Source: Prorocentrum cordatum (Eukaryota). Taken from it: a DNA stretch of 53,705 nt. Location: positions 62,001 through 115,705 of the forward strand of contig CAUYUJ010000295.1 in assembly GCA_963575745.1 (NCBI GenBank). Reading direction: 5' to 3'. A program made the translations under genes and the position numbers. The notes below the pieces were generated by a model. The model was not told the origin of the DNA. It saw only the letters and a list, made by a program, of their open reading frames with translations, and did not search any database. Below, one piece after another: positions 1-12,467 of the stretch. How positions within the stretch are numbered: position 1 is the first letter of the stretch; each line of letters opens with the position of its first letter.

Positions 1-185
1 GTTGGGGGGGGTAAGGGTTCCACATGTGTTTTTTCGATATTTCCCGGACCCCCCCCCACTGGAAATCGAGGGTAAATCTGAGCCTTCGGGTTGGGTTGGG
101 GTGGTTTGGTGGGTGGTGATAATTGTCTGTATGCTTTTCTCCTTCCTGAACAACAGGGTCACCGAGAGCAGAAGGTCGGCGGCGG

Positions 186-370
186 GCGAGGGGGGGAAGT
201 GAGAGGAGAAGGCCTTCTCGGAAGGCTCGGAAGTCCCCCTGGCCTTCCGAGGAGTTTCCTATAGGCCTTCCCCGAAGACAAACGAAAACTTCTTAGAAGG
301 CGAGAGGGCCTCTGAGAAGTCCCGCTGCCTTCTGAGAAGGCCCTGTCCTTCTCATTTCCCCCCCCCTCGC
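186..370. mobile_element. MITE family F (TIR GCGAGGGGGGGAAGTGAGA...TCTCAYTTCCCCCCC); second copy ~14461-14645
   Basis: TIRs and a dispersed copy with TCTCAGAAGG-like subrepeats. Confidence 0.65.
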
Positions 371-1750
371 TCGCCGCCGAGAACCCCCACCCCAAATAAC
401 ACGATGGAGACGTGGCCTCACTGAAGTCGCACACTCGAAAGCGAGGGATATCGAAACCGAGGCCGACCTCACATCGAGAACAGAAGAGCCCCTGACACTC
501 ATCCGCCGACCCTGTCGGCGTGTGTGAAAGAGCTTTTCCATTCGACCCCGGCTTTTCCGTTGGAATCGTCGACTCCGTCCTCCCCTGTTCAATTTGCCTG
601 GGCCCCCTTCCTCATACGCACTGTCCAAAGCAAAATTGAACAACATCGGAGTGGAATCGAAGGGAAGCCGCTTCCCCTTGATCCCTTCCCCGCGACGGGG
701 GGGTTCATCGAGAACAGCAGAACCCCCAACCCTAAGAACACGATGAAGACGTGGCCTCAACGAGGTACCCGTCTTTGCACATTAGGGATCATGCATCTGG
801 ACGCTTTAGTCCGCTACATCTGCAGAAGAGGCCCCGTCTCTAATGTTTTTGGCCCTCCCAACTTAGGTCCCCTCCCCAAGGGTTAGGGGTCCTTTTTTGG
901 CTACTCACAAGGGGGACCTGGCTCGAGGGAGGGTAGGACGACGACGCACGACGGCGTTCGAGGTTCGAGGCTCTCGAGAACGGTTTCGTCGGCCCCCCGG
1001 CGGCTTTCCACCAAACTTGGGGGCGTCTCCCAGCGGCTATACACCGCGGCGAGAGGTGCCCGGACGGCCGCCAGAGACGCGAGCTGCAGTAGGAGCTCGA
1101 CCACAAGAGACCTTCCACACGGCACCAAACCCTGAGACGCCAAGACGTCCATCGACTTTTTTGGTGTGGGGACGTCAGGCTCTCCATCGCAAAACCATCG
1201 AAACCATCGAAACCCAGGGCACCCTGGAGGCAAGCAGGGTGTTTCTTGGCATGGGTCTCCACTGCATGGCCCGAAAACCAGTCGGAGGTAACTGCCTCCG
1301 TAAAGGGGCCCGGGCAGACTCAAACAAATCCATACAAAACCGTCACACCTGGGAAAAAGACATGTTCGACATACTGGCTGTTCTCATCTTGACAGCGTTC
1401 AGTTCGGCCCAGTGGGCCCCCCAGATCTTCAAACGACGGCCCCAAGTTGGTGTCGAGACAACCCCGGGGTCGGTGCCTGGCACCCCGTGGATCGGTCCAC
1501 CTCGAGAAAGATCGGCGACTCGTGGATCGCCAGAGCGCTCCGCCATGTTCGCCGATGCTAGTTGGGCCACTCGGGCATGTTCAACAAGAGTTAGTTCGGG
1601 CATGTCCCCCTTCAGGGGACTTTCGGACGACAAATAAAAAATGCTTCCAAAATGCTCAAATATAATGCAAAATAATTGAGAAATCATCCCCAGACTGTTG
1701 TTTGACTATTGTTGAATGTTCCTCCTGTAGAGGGACATGCCCGACATAAA

Positions 1751-1988
1751 ACTAGAGGCCTCCTAGATGGGGTCGGAGTAGATGGGGTCGGGGGATCGCG
1801 CGGCATCGCCGACGCATCGGCGATGCATCGCCGATGCATTGGCGATGCAACGGCGACGTCAGCGATGCATCGGCGACGACGGCGTGGAGAGCATCATCGG
1901 GCCCCACATCGAGCCGCACCGGCGATGCATCGGCCATGCGGAGCGATCCACCGACCCCATCTACTCCGACCCCATCTATGAGGCCTAG
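1751..1988. mobile_element. MITE family C (TIR AGGCCTCCTAGATGGGGTCGG; internal GCATCGGCGATGC repeats); second copy ~18945-19157
   Basis: Terminal inverted repeats and a second dispersed copy. Confidence 0.75.
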
Positions 1989-2849
1989 ATTTACGAGGCA
2001 ACTGCTGGGAGGCCTTCGTCGGAAAGATTATGGAGGACTAAGCCCCATTGGGGGGCTGTTACGCCAGTGTGGGTCTCGGAGTAAGCGGGATTCAATCGGG
2101 ATTCAGCCAGACCAAGCGGGATTAAGCCGGACCTCGGACCGGGGCAAAGTCAGAATTTGACCTCCCAAGAGTTGCATTCGAACTAGATCAACGTCGAACG
2201 CCCACGACGGGATCGCCGCTGCGTCGGCACAACGCGACCCTGCCTCACGACGGCGCCGACGGACGACGCCGACGCAGCGGAGCCGCTCCAGCCGGGGCTC
2301 CCTGGCCGCCGCAGCGGCCGCCGCCTCGGGCGGGGGGAGGGGGGCGGCCCTTATTGGGAGGAGGTCGAACATATAAAGAGCCGAACTGTATTCACCGACG
2401 CTTTTTCCGGCCAGGCGCTGAAACTCGCACAAGAAAGCGGATGCTTGTGTATACGGGATCCTGGTGTTCCCCCGGAAAAACGGAAGAAAAGCATACACCA
2501 CATCAACCCAACGTCGTCCCCGACCCTCAGAAAGTCCTGGGATCGAAAAGCAGCCCGACTCTGGTTATGTATATGTTTCAGATTCCGAGCATACGCTGCT
2601 GCATGTGCTACAGATCCGTGGAACAAGCGTGGGCGGTGGGGCAAAGCAGCCCACCCCCAACAAAAACACTCTGTACAATCAACCCGTACAATAAGGATGC
2701 GCGATGAGGATGCGACGGCCTTGGAAGGCCAGTTCGAAGCTTTTCGAGCGGGGCGCGGCCAACGAAAGTGGCCAAGGATGGGCCGAGGAGACAAGGATGC
2801 AAGGGTGCCGTTTGGAAGGTTGCCCATCCTTCTTTTTTTGTTGCGCAGA

Positions 2850-4470
2850 CCCTAGCCGCGCGAACGACCGCAGCGACAGCGACGCCACGTCCAGGACCGC
2901 GAGCGTGGACCCAAGGCGCGCGAAGCTCCGGACCGCCAACGAGGAGCCGACCTGGGCACAGTCCAGGAGCGACAGCGACGCCCCGCACCGCGCGACGCCG
3001 AGCAGCGACAGAGATGCACCAATGAACGCCGAAGGACCTTGGCGAAAGCGCGGAGCCAAGCCGTGAGACCCCAAATGCCGACAGCGACGCGCCGAGCTTG
3101 GAGACCCCGCGCAGCGAGAGCGAGGAGCCAAAACTAACAAATTCCACCACTGACAGAGAGAGCTGGGACCCCACGCGCGCCAACCCGAACACCGACAGCG
3201 ACGCCCCCACGCGAGAAACCGTGAAGGGGCCCAAGGACACACACACACACACATATATAAACACACGCAAATAACAGGGTTCCCAATATTTTCCTAGATT
3301 TCCCCCCCCCCCCCCCCACTTTCCACATTTCCCCATCATTTCTAAGGGATCGACACTACTTATGTCTGTGTGTTGTTTCTTCCCCTCCTGAAACCGCCCT
3401 CAGAGCCAGCGACGAGCCCACGAGCCCGCCGTCCAGGACGGAGAGCCGCCACCCGACTCGCGCGCGACGCTCCCGAGCGACACCGTGCAGCCCAGCTGGG
3501 CAGAGCCCGCGACCGACAGCGAGAACACCGACCCAAAGCGCGCCGAACTGAGCAGCGACAACTCGGAGCCCAGGCGCGCGCAGCTGCGCGCAGACAGCGA
3601 CGAGCCCAGGGCGGAGCAGCCTGGCACCGAGGGCGGAGCGCCCAGGCGCGCGAACGACCGCACGGACAGGGCGGAGCTCAGCTGCGCCACGTCGAAGACC
3701 GACACGGACGATTCCAGGCGGGCGAACCCGCGGAGCGACAGCGAGGAGCCTGCGTGCGTGCTGCCGATCACGGAGAGTGGACCCTAGCCTGCTCGCGCCG
3801 AACAGCGCAAAGGCCGAGACAAGGCGGCAGCAGCTCCTGACGGACAGCGCGGACCCAAGCTGGGCGAAGCCCAGCACGGACAGCGAGGAGCCCCGGCAGG
3901 CCAGAGCGATCCAAGCCTTGCTAAGCCCAGCAACGACAGCGAGGAGCCTAGGCGGACAACGCCGCGCAGGGACAGCGGCGCGCCAAGGTGTGCAAAATCT
4001 AGCACTGACACAGCGGACCCCACGCGGGCGAAGCTCCTCAGGGCATCCGTCGACCCGAGGCCCACGAAGTCCAGCAGCGACAACGAGGACCCCAACCGAG
4101 CGACGCTGCGAACCGACAGCGACGAACCCACGTCGACGCAGTGCAGAACAGAAACACGGGCCCCCAAGCGGGTGAACGATCTCACGGCCACCGAACCTCC
4201 CATGCGCACAAAGTCCAGCACGGACAGCGACGACCCCAGACGGGCGAAAGAGCGCACGGCCACCGAGGAGTCCGAGGCCGCGAAGTCCAACACGGACAAG
4301 GATGCGCCCAGCCGCGCGACGCCGCACACCGAGAAGGCGCTGCCGCACCGCGCGAAGCCCCTGAGCGACACGACGCCCCCACGTGCACGACGTCCAGGAC
4401 CGACAGCGCGGATCCGAGGCGGGCGCAGCCGCGCAGCGACAGCGCGGAGCCGACGCCGACGAAGTTCACG
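2850..4470 (-). pseudogene. Decayed, frameshifted coding-like tandem repeat with a ~22-aa unit (SLRSFARLGSSLSVLDFxxLGS), interrupted by a dispersed repeat at ~3237-3390
   Basis: The same peptide recurs in different minus frames (ORFs 2679-3266, 2608-3339, 3400-3771, 3356-4348, 3784-4521, 4182-4742); ~66-nt periodicity. Confidence 0.55.
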
Positions 4471-5649
4471 ACGGACAAAGCATTTCGGCGTTCTCGCCTC
4501 CTCCACTTCCCGACGCTCCAAGACGGCTCAAGATGCCCCCCAGATCGCCTCAAGACGGCCAAAACGGCCCAGGAGGGCCCCAAGACGGCCCATGACGCCT
4601 CCAAGACGGCCCAAGAGGCCCCCAAGACGGCTCCAAGAGAGTGCCCAGACGAGAGACCAGAACGGACATTTCGAACCCTCGGCACCGAGAAGCTTCCAGG
4701 AGGAACCAAGAGGCCCCCAAAGAGGCCCCAAGAGGCCCCCAAGAGACCAGCGAGAGCGTGATTCCTGAGTGTCGAGGGCGCGGCGCCTGAATATATTGCG
4801 AGGAAACCCCAAGCGACAGCACGATTCTTGAGTGTCGAAAGCGCGACGCCTGAATCAATTGCGATGAAATGTCAGGCGAGAGCAATTGTGAGGAACTCCC
4901 TAGCGAGAGCATAATTCTTGCATCAAATACAAGGAAGTATCAAGCGGAAGACGCTGTTGTTGTAAACCAGCGAGCTCCGGGAGTGGCACTTCAATTGGAA
5001 AACGCTATGCTACGCGAATGCGTGGCCCTTGCATAAGTCGCCAGGAAGTCTCGGGCGAGAGCGCGATTCCGAAGTAAATAATGAGGACGTCCCAGGCGAA
5101 AGCGCGCTTCCTGAATGGCGAGTGCGCGGCGCCTGAATAAATTGCAGGGGATTCACAAGCGAGAGCGCGAATTCTTGGATACATTGTAAGGAAGTTCCTA
5201 GCGAGAGCGCGATTCCTCAGTACATTGCGAGGAAATATCAGGCGGGAGACATTGAAAATTCATTTCTAAAGAATGATTATTGTTGATCTCCGGGCACGGT
5301 TCCGCTACATTTTCTCTGAAAACAAGCCTCCCTCTCGAGTGTTGGCTTGAGCCTAGATGTAGGCCCTTGGAGGCCCAGCTACGACAAAAACGGCTCCCGC
5401 TCGATACTTCCTCACAATTTAATCCTAGACTCCCTGGCCAGAGAGGCCCCGAAACTCAGGAACGGCGCTCGCCCCCAAACTCAGGAACGGCGTTTTAGCT
5501 CGAGAATTCCTCGCAATTCAATTGAGTTGGCGGAGGCCCAACCACGACGACAAGGGCTCCTGTACTTCCTCACGATTTACTCCGAAAGCCCCTGGCCAAG
5601 AAGGCCAATTCAAGCAAGTTGGTGGAGGCCCGGACACGGCGAACGGCGC

Positions 5650-8165
5650 TATCGCTCGAGACCTCTTCGCATTTCGGTCAGTGGCCGACAAGGAAGAGAT
5701 TCCCACCGAGAGGGGGTGCAATCGAAGACGAAGTGGGCGGGTATCGAGGGTTGGGGTATACGGAATGCAAGACACGCGTGCCAGTGAGAGCAAACAGTCT
5801 TAACATGATCGTTGTTGTTGCTGGAACAATTTCTTTTATGTTCGGCGACGACGGGCGTCAAAGGGGGGGGGCGGGGGGATGGTATGACGTAACGCCCCCC
5901 CCCCCGGCCGTGTGGCTCCGGCACCACAGCCGCGCCCGCGCGCACGACGCGACGAGCGACAAGCGTCGACGACGACGGCGCGAGCAGCATGTGGGTGGCG
6001 ATCAGCCCCCCTGCGCCTGTGTACACCACAGCGCTCGCGTGCACCACAGCGCGCGTGTACACCACAGCGCCTGCGTACATCGCAACAACCGTGTGCAACG
6101 CAGCGCCTGTGTACACTGCGGTGCCTGCGTACACTACAGCGCCAATGTACATGTGCACACAGGAGGCAACCATGTGCAACATAGCGCCTGTGTACACCAC
6201 AATGCTTGCGTGCACCGCGGCGCCTGTGCACGCCGCGGCGCTTGTCTACACCACAGCACCCGCGTGCAATGCAGCGCTATTGCACAGCTCCTGCGTGCAT
6301 AGGACAGGTAAAAGGAGCCTGTAAGTGAGGATCTGCCGCGGAAGCGCCACGCCAGGAAAGTGCTGATAATCGAATGCGACGTTCTTCCCTCTTCCCTTCT
6401 CCTCCAGTTCCACCTCCTCCTCCTCCTCTTTTTTCTCTTCCTCCTCCTCCTCCTCCTCCTCTTCCTCCTCCTCCTCCTCCTTCCCTTCTCCCCCTCCTCC
6501 TCCTTGCCCCCTGTCGTCCGGGTTGGCGCCACAGCGCACGTGCGCAACTCAGCGTGCACAACAGAATGGTCTATTGAATCGGCCCACTTGGTTCTCGGAC
6601 GGCCAATGTATGTGGAGCCTCCTGGACGCAGATGGGAGGAGTTACGGTGATGCGGGCGAACTCGGAAGGACTCGTAGATTCCCCTGGCGCTCTCTTGTCC
6701 ATAAGGATTATTTTCGGGTGTTTTCGGTGGAATCCACAAACGCTCCATTTTGTCAGAATGACCCATTGTAACATTCTACATACGACAGTGGTGTTGTGTT
6801 GCACACGGCTGCTGTGGTGCACACAAGCGCCGTGGTGTACACAGGCACTGCAATGCACGCAGGCAGTGTGGTGTACACTGCTGTTGTACACGGCTGATGT
6901 GGTGTACGCAGGCGCTGTGGTGTACACAAGAGCTGCTGTGCCCGCGCGCGCGCGGTGGCACAAACTGACGCTGCGTTGCACGCGGCTGCTGTGGTGTACA
7001 TAGGCGGTGTGGTGTACACGGGCGCTGTGGTGCACGCAGGCACTGAGGTGTACACAGGCGTTGTAGCGCAGATCGCCACCTACATGCTGGCGCCACCAGT
7101 CCCCCCGTCATTCCTAGGCATTCCCAAGCGCCGCCGGCGCGAAACGTGACGTCATCGACCCCCGCCACCCTCCCCAAATGATTGCCGTCATCGGCCCGGA
7201 ATAAACAGGCTCCAGCCGCGTCCGCGCGCACGACGACGATGAGCGACGAGCGACGAGCCACGAGCCACGAGCGACGACGACGACGACGTCGACGACGACG
7301 ACTGCGGACCAGACTCCTATGCGGATTCCTACGCGGACACCTGCGCGGATCTCAATGCGCACGGCGGCAGTGCCTGGAGCGCACTGGGGGGGGAGCGTTA
7401 CGTCATACGGGGGGGGGGGGGCGGGGGCCATGACGCCCGTCATGCCCCAAACAATAAAGAAATGGTCTCCTGTTGTTGTAAGCCGGCGGCCAGGGACATA
7501 AATTGAGGAGGAAGACCTTTCCCTGATAAAAACCAAGTGAGAGCCCCGGAAAAACACCTTCACTTGAAAAATATAGATGTTACCGGAGAGGTGGTTCAAC
7601 AATCATTAGTTTTCAAGGCTGCGAAATCAGCAGCAACAACAACAAACAAACAGACAGACAAACAAACAACCAGACAAACAAGCAAACATACAACCAAACA
7701 AACACACACACACACACACGAACACACATACACAAACAAACAAACAGCAACATCAACACCATCATCAACAACAACAACAATGTGTTTCAGACTGTTCGCT
7801 CTTACCTGCGCGCGTGCCACTCAACACGTACATCCCAAACCCTCGATACCCGCCCTCTCCGTCTTCGTCCGTACCCCTTGGGGGTATATCTTCCTTACCT
7901 GCCACGTACACGTAGCGCGGAGCCTAAAACAGCGGACGCGAAGACGGCTGGGGGAGGGAGGGAGAACGATGGAGCACGAGAGGGATTAGCAGGACGCGGG
8001 GACCAGGAGAAAACACATGGCAGAATCAGACGGGCTGATCGGGCGGGAAGACCATACAATAACGGAAGGGTCAGGAAAACATGCCGAAACGGCCAGGTGG
8101 AGTAGACGGGTTGCTGAAGCGTGAATTCTACGTGAATCGCGAAGACGTCTCGAGCGATAGTGTGA
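5650..8165. mobile_element. Foldback-like element: long inverted arms (~5650-6300 and ~6770-8165) containing an 18-bp minisatellite
   Basis: GTACACCACAGCGCCTGC-type units at 6020-6300 and inverted at 6790-7070. 5700-5830 is inverted with 7780-7890, and 5860-5910 with 7385-7440. Confidence 0.6.
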
Positions 8166-9150
8166 TTCCGCGACTCCTGAACGTCGAGGGTGCGGCGTCT
8201 GAATGAATTGCAAGGAAGGCCCACGCGACAGCGCGAAATCTGCATGAATTCTGAGGTCCTCCGCGGAATCGCGATGTTGAAATGAATTGCGAGGAAGTAT
8301 TAATCGGGAGCCGTTGTTGTTGTAAGCAGGGGGCCCACGACACAGTTTGGTGGCACCTCACGTTCCCTTGAAAACAGGGTGCGAGCCCCAGGAGGAACAC
8401 TTCAATTGAAACATACAACGGTCACTGGATGGGGGTATCAACAATACTTGGTTCTCAGAAGGGAGAATTCAACAAGCAACAATCATCCTGGACACGGAAT
8501 CACACCTTCAGCCCCGCACCCAAGGACAATGGACAAACGTTCGGCCCCCTCACTCTGATCGATATCGCTACTCCACGGACGTCTCCCAGGGTGCGTTCTG
8601 AGCAGAGAACCTCCAGGCGAATCCAGCCGTGGCCGCGAGGGATCTCCAGGACGAGCAGAGGCATCGGTATCGTTTCCTCCGTTGTCAACGTGGCATCAGT
8701 GCCAGCCCCGCACCCCAGAGCTTCGCCCGACCCGCCCGCCGCCGCGGCGCGGCCGCGGCCGCGCCCGCCGCGGCCCCTGGCGGCGGCGGCCCCGAATCGC
8801 CCGACCATAGGAGAAGAAACAACGGCACAAAGACAAACTTTCGCAGCCCCGCGCGGACTTCTTCGGTGGCTCAAGGATGGGGTCCTGAGGGATGGGGTCC
8901 GAAGGACGAGGTGCCTCAAATATCGGGCCGGGCGAAAGGGGGGATAGCAAAGGGGGGGGTTGAAAATCAGCTCGCGTAGCTGATTTTCGCGGCGCCTCGC
9001 GCCCATGCATCGAGGAATGGGCCCCTCGGTGGGGCCGAAACCAGCTGCATGCAGCAGATGTCGTAGCCCCCCCTTCCCTATCCCCCCTCTTCGTCCGGCC
9101 CGATCCATGAAGGGTCCCAGGGATTCCTCCTCCTGATTCCTATCCTTAGG

Positions 9151-9349
9151 TAGGGGACCAAAAAGTGACATAAACATAAAAACTCGGAGGTCCGCGCGGA
9201 TTTCTCGGATCGGCGCTGGACCCCCCTCCCTGGCGCGCGGAGCGCGCCAGGGGCGGCGCCGGAGGCGCCGCCGGGGGGCCCCAGCGCCGATCCGAGAAAT
9301 CCGCGCGGACCTCCGAGTTTTTATGTTTATGACACTTTTTGGTCCCCTA
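9151..9349. mobile_element. MITE family B (~195 bp near-perfect hairpin, TA flanks, Tc1/mariner-like); other copies 10081-10280 and 15099-15298, degenerate at ~14815-14905, 18030-18200, 24215-24480, 25060-25245
   Basis: Long TIR GGGGACCAAAAAGTGACATAAACATAAAAACTCGGAGGTCCGCGCGGATTTCTCGGATCGGCGCTGG and its complement. Confidence 0.82.
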
Positions 9350-10309
9350 TTAGGGCCCGGCCCCATCTTCGAACCACCGATCTCTTGCCTCGGCGCTGCA
9401 GCTCCCCGACCTCGGCGCGCGGAGCGCGCCCGGCAGGGGCGGCGCCAGAGGCGCTGCTGGGGGCGCCCAGCGCCGAGGCATAAGAGTTCAGTAGGGCCTG
9501 TCCCCCTACAGGGGGATTTTCAAAGGAAAATAAAAATTACTCACAAAATATTCAAACATGGTCAAACAAAAAAACAGACTCGGAAAATAGTCCCCCGACT
9601 ATTTTTGGACTATTTTTGAATATTCCCCCTGTAGAGGGACAGGCCCGACTTAACAATAGAGAGACCCGCGCGGAACGCCGACGATTTCTGCCTTCATGCC
9701 GGCTTTCCTTCTTCGAGATCACCGGCGCCGCGCCCCTGCCTGGGGAAACCAAGAAAGGCACCGATGCCGCTGCTCCGCGGACCTCTCTCCTGGGGTGCGT
9801 TCTCTGACCAGGGTTTCGGGGCGAATCCAGCGGTGGCGACGACGGAGGCCCAGGAGGCCCAAAAAGCAGAAAAAACGAGGGCAGGGTACCCAAACATACA
9901 ACGCATTTGAAAAATCAAAACGGAAATTTCTCGCTACTTTCGGCCTCTAGGGGCCCTCGCTGGGCCCCGGGACCGTCAACAAACGACTCGGGCTGCACAA
10001 ACCGGTGCTGGGGGATGCGTCGAGCCTTCCAGGGGGACCCCGCGTCGAAACAATCACGACACGTCGGATCTCTGGGCAGATAGGGGAACAAAAAGTGACA
10101 TAAACATAAAAACTCGGGGGTCCGCGCGGATTTCTCGGATCGGCGCTGGGGCCCCCCTGACGGCGCCTCTGGCGCCGCCCCTGGCGCGCTCCGCGCGCCA
10201 GGGAGGGGGGTCAAGCGCCGATCCGAGAAAGCCGCGCGGACCTCCGAGTTTTAAGCTTATGCCACTTCTTGTTCCCCCTAGCAGCGGCACGGGTACCCTT
10301 TCCTCCCCT

Positions 10310-10510
10310 GACTGCCGGCGCCCCTGGCCGCGCCCCTGCCGGCGCGGCCGGCGCGGCCAGCGCGCCCGCGGCCGCGGCCGCGCGCCGCGCCCGCGGGGGC
10401 GGCGGCGGGCGGCGCGGCTCCGAGGCAGCGCAGGTCGAGCGCGGCGCCGCAGCGGCAGGCGGAGAAGGCCGCGCGCTCGAGCGGCGCCTGGCGAGCGGCG
10501 GCGTCCCTGC
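10310..10510 (-). CDS. TOP3A: Probable TOP3A exon 17 ([29 protein letters not shown]... RG-rich)
   Basis: CACAG|G acceptor in the correct phase with a GGCAG junction repeat. CxCG looks like the start of a zinc ribbon. The 3' end is uncertain. Confidence 0.6.
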
Positions 10511-10587
10511 CTGTGGGCATCGTTGCACCGAGCCCCATCCCCACCAGCGTGGGCTGGGCCCCACTGGCCGATTGAAAGCCCTAGATG

Positions 10588-10635
<48 letters not shown>

Positions 10636-11806
10636 CCGTCTCCCTCGGGCTTCGAAGTGCTGAGATGTTGGGGGTCTGGATGGAGATGGGGATGGGGATG
10701 GGGATCGGCGAAACGATGCTGAGCCTGGAGGCAGAGAAGGCCCCAGACCCCTCGCGCTGCGGAAAAGTCACGACGGGAAGCTTCTCGCTATCTTCGGCCT
10801 CATGGGGACCCTCACCGGTCCTCGGAAGGGTCAACAAAACGACTCGGGATGAAGAGCCTGCCCAAGGGAATCGGTCGAGACCTCTCGGGGTCGACGTCAT
10901 GAAAAAATCATGGCGTCGGGGGTCTGGCGAAGGCCGTGGCCACGACCAGTCTCCTGAGCACAAGAACGCACCGATGCCGATCTGGGCCACCGTCCGTCCC
11001 GGTCACCGTCGACCCGTGGATCGCCCACGGCGGCGGCCGGCGTGGACCATGACCAAGGTGTCGGCGTCGACGAGATCCTGCGGCGTTTTGGTCATGGTCG
11101 GCGTGCTTCTGCCCCCCCCGGCTGCCCTCGAAGTGCTGCGAGAGGGCGGCGTCGAGCGCGGGGGCGCTGCGCACCAGCGCGGCGTAGCAGCGCTGGGTGG
11201 CGTCCACGCACCAGCGCAGGAACTCGTCTCGCCTAGGTGGAAGATCGTCGCGGGGGATGCTCTGGGGGCAGCGACAGCGACCCAAGCCACCCCCACACCA
11301 ACCACATCACATCATATGCTTTCGAAACATTCAAGAAACATGTAAAAATCATCCTGGTGGGAGTGGGGGTGGGCAGTTCCCTCTCTCGGGACAGGGGGCC
11401 ATAGGTGGATGCCGAGGGGATGGGCTGCAGGTGCCCTTCTAGGTAGATCGAGGGGTCCCGCCTCAGCCGTGGCTAGTCTGCTAACTCACTGGGCTAAGTG
11501 GGCGCCGCCCACTTAAGAAAATTATATGGTTTCCCAGTATAATGTAACATTTAACGCGCTGGTACGCAAGCTTATGTCATGTACTCCATATCAGCTGCCA
11601 GTCCCACTATCGCCGCAACAAGCACCGCGGTGATCAAAACAGTGCCAACGGGGGGATGTGTCAGTCGGCATCGAACTGTAACATCGGATCGGATCGGAAC
11701 TTGCATCGGATCAGGTCGCATCGGCGCGTAGCCGGACAATCGAATCCGATCGGGTGCGCCAAGATGCACAACCACGCCATACAAACAGCGGTCCGCATGG
11801 AACTCT

Positions 11807-11854
<48 letters not shown>

Positions 11855-12417
11855 GCACCTCTCCGAGGGAGTAGAGCTCAGAGGCGATTAATGCGCACGC
11901 GTCCGCGATTTTTCTGGGCGTTTCGCTCGGGACATCCTCGAAATTCTGAAAATCGGTGGCACCCCTCACGCAGATCGTGACGTCAGGGTCCAAAAACACA
12001 TGGGAATTTCAACATTTTAACATAAACCTTCAAAAACACATTGTGACATTCTCAGGGAATGGCGGTTTCGCTTGGGAATGGCGGTTTCGCTTGAAAAATC
12101 CTTCCAAAATCGAGCCCCAGACCCCGCCTCGGAGCCTCCTGGGGGCCTCCTGGAACCTCCTGGGGCCTCCTGGGGCTTTCTGAACCTTCTGGCACCCCAG
12201 ACCCCGCCTCGGAGCCTCCTGGGGGTGTCCTGAAACCTCCTGGGGCCTCCTGGGGCCTCCTGCGGCCTCCTGGAGCCTCTTGGGGCCTCCTGAAGCCTCC
12301 TGGGGTCTCCTGGGGCCTCCTGAGGCCGCCTGGGGCCTCCTGGGGCCTCCTGGGGCTTCAGAACTACATGCACACAGAGACACAAATCACGCCCAACACA
12401 TCACACGCTAGACAAAC

Positions 12418-12467
<50 letters not shown>

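Noticed and set aside
5345..5360. Short SL-like matches (CATCTAGGCTCAAG here; TGGCTCAAG at ~8867, 13276, 21546, 23975)
   Set aside because: Too short or degenerate, and some overlap CAAGA(C/T)GG-type repeats; not distinguishable from chance.
8560..9850. Exon-like RTHPRRE segments at ~8580 and ~9790
   Set aside because: Copies of a dispersed repeat (also ~14390-14430), not unique exons.
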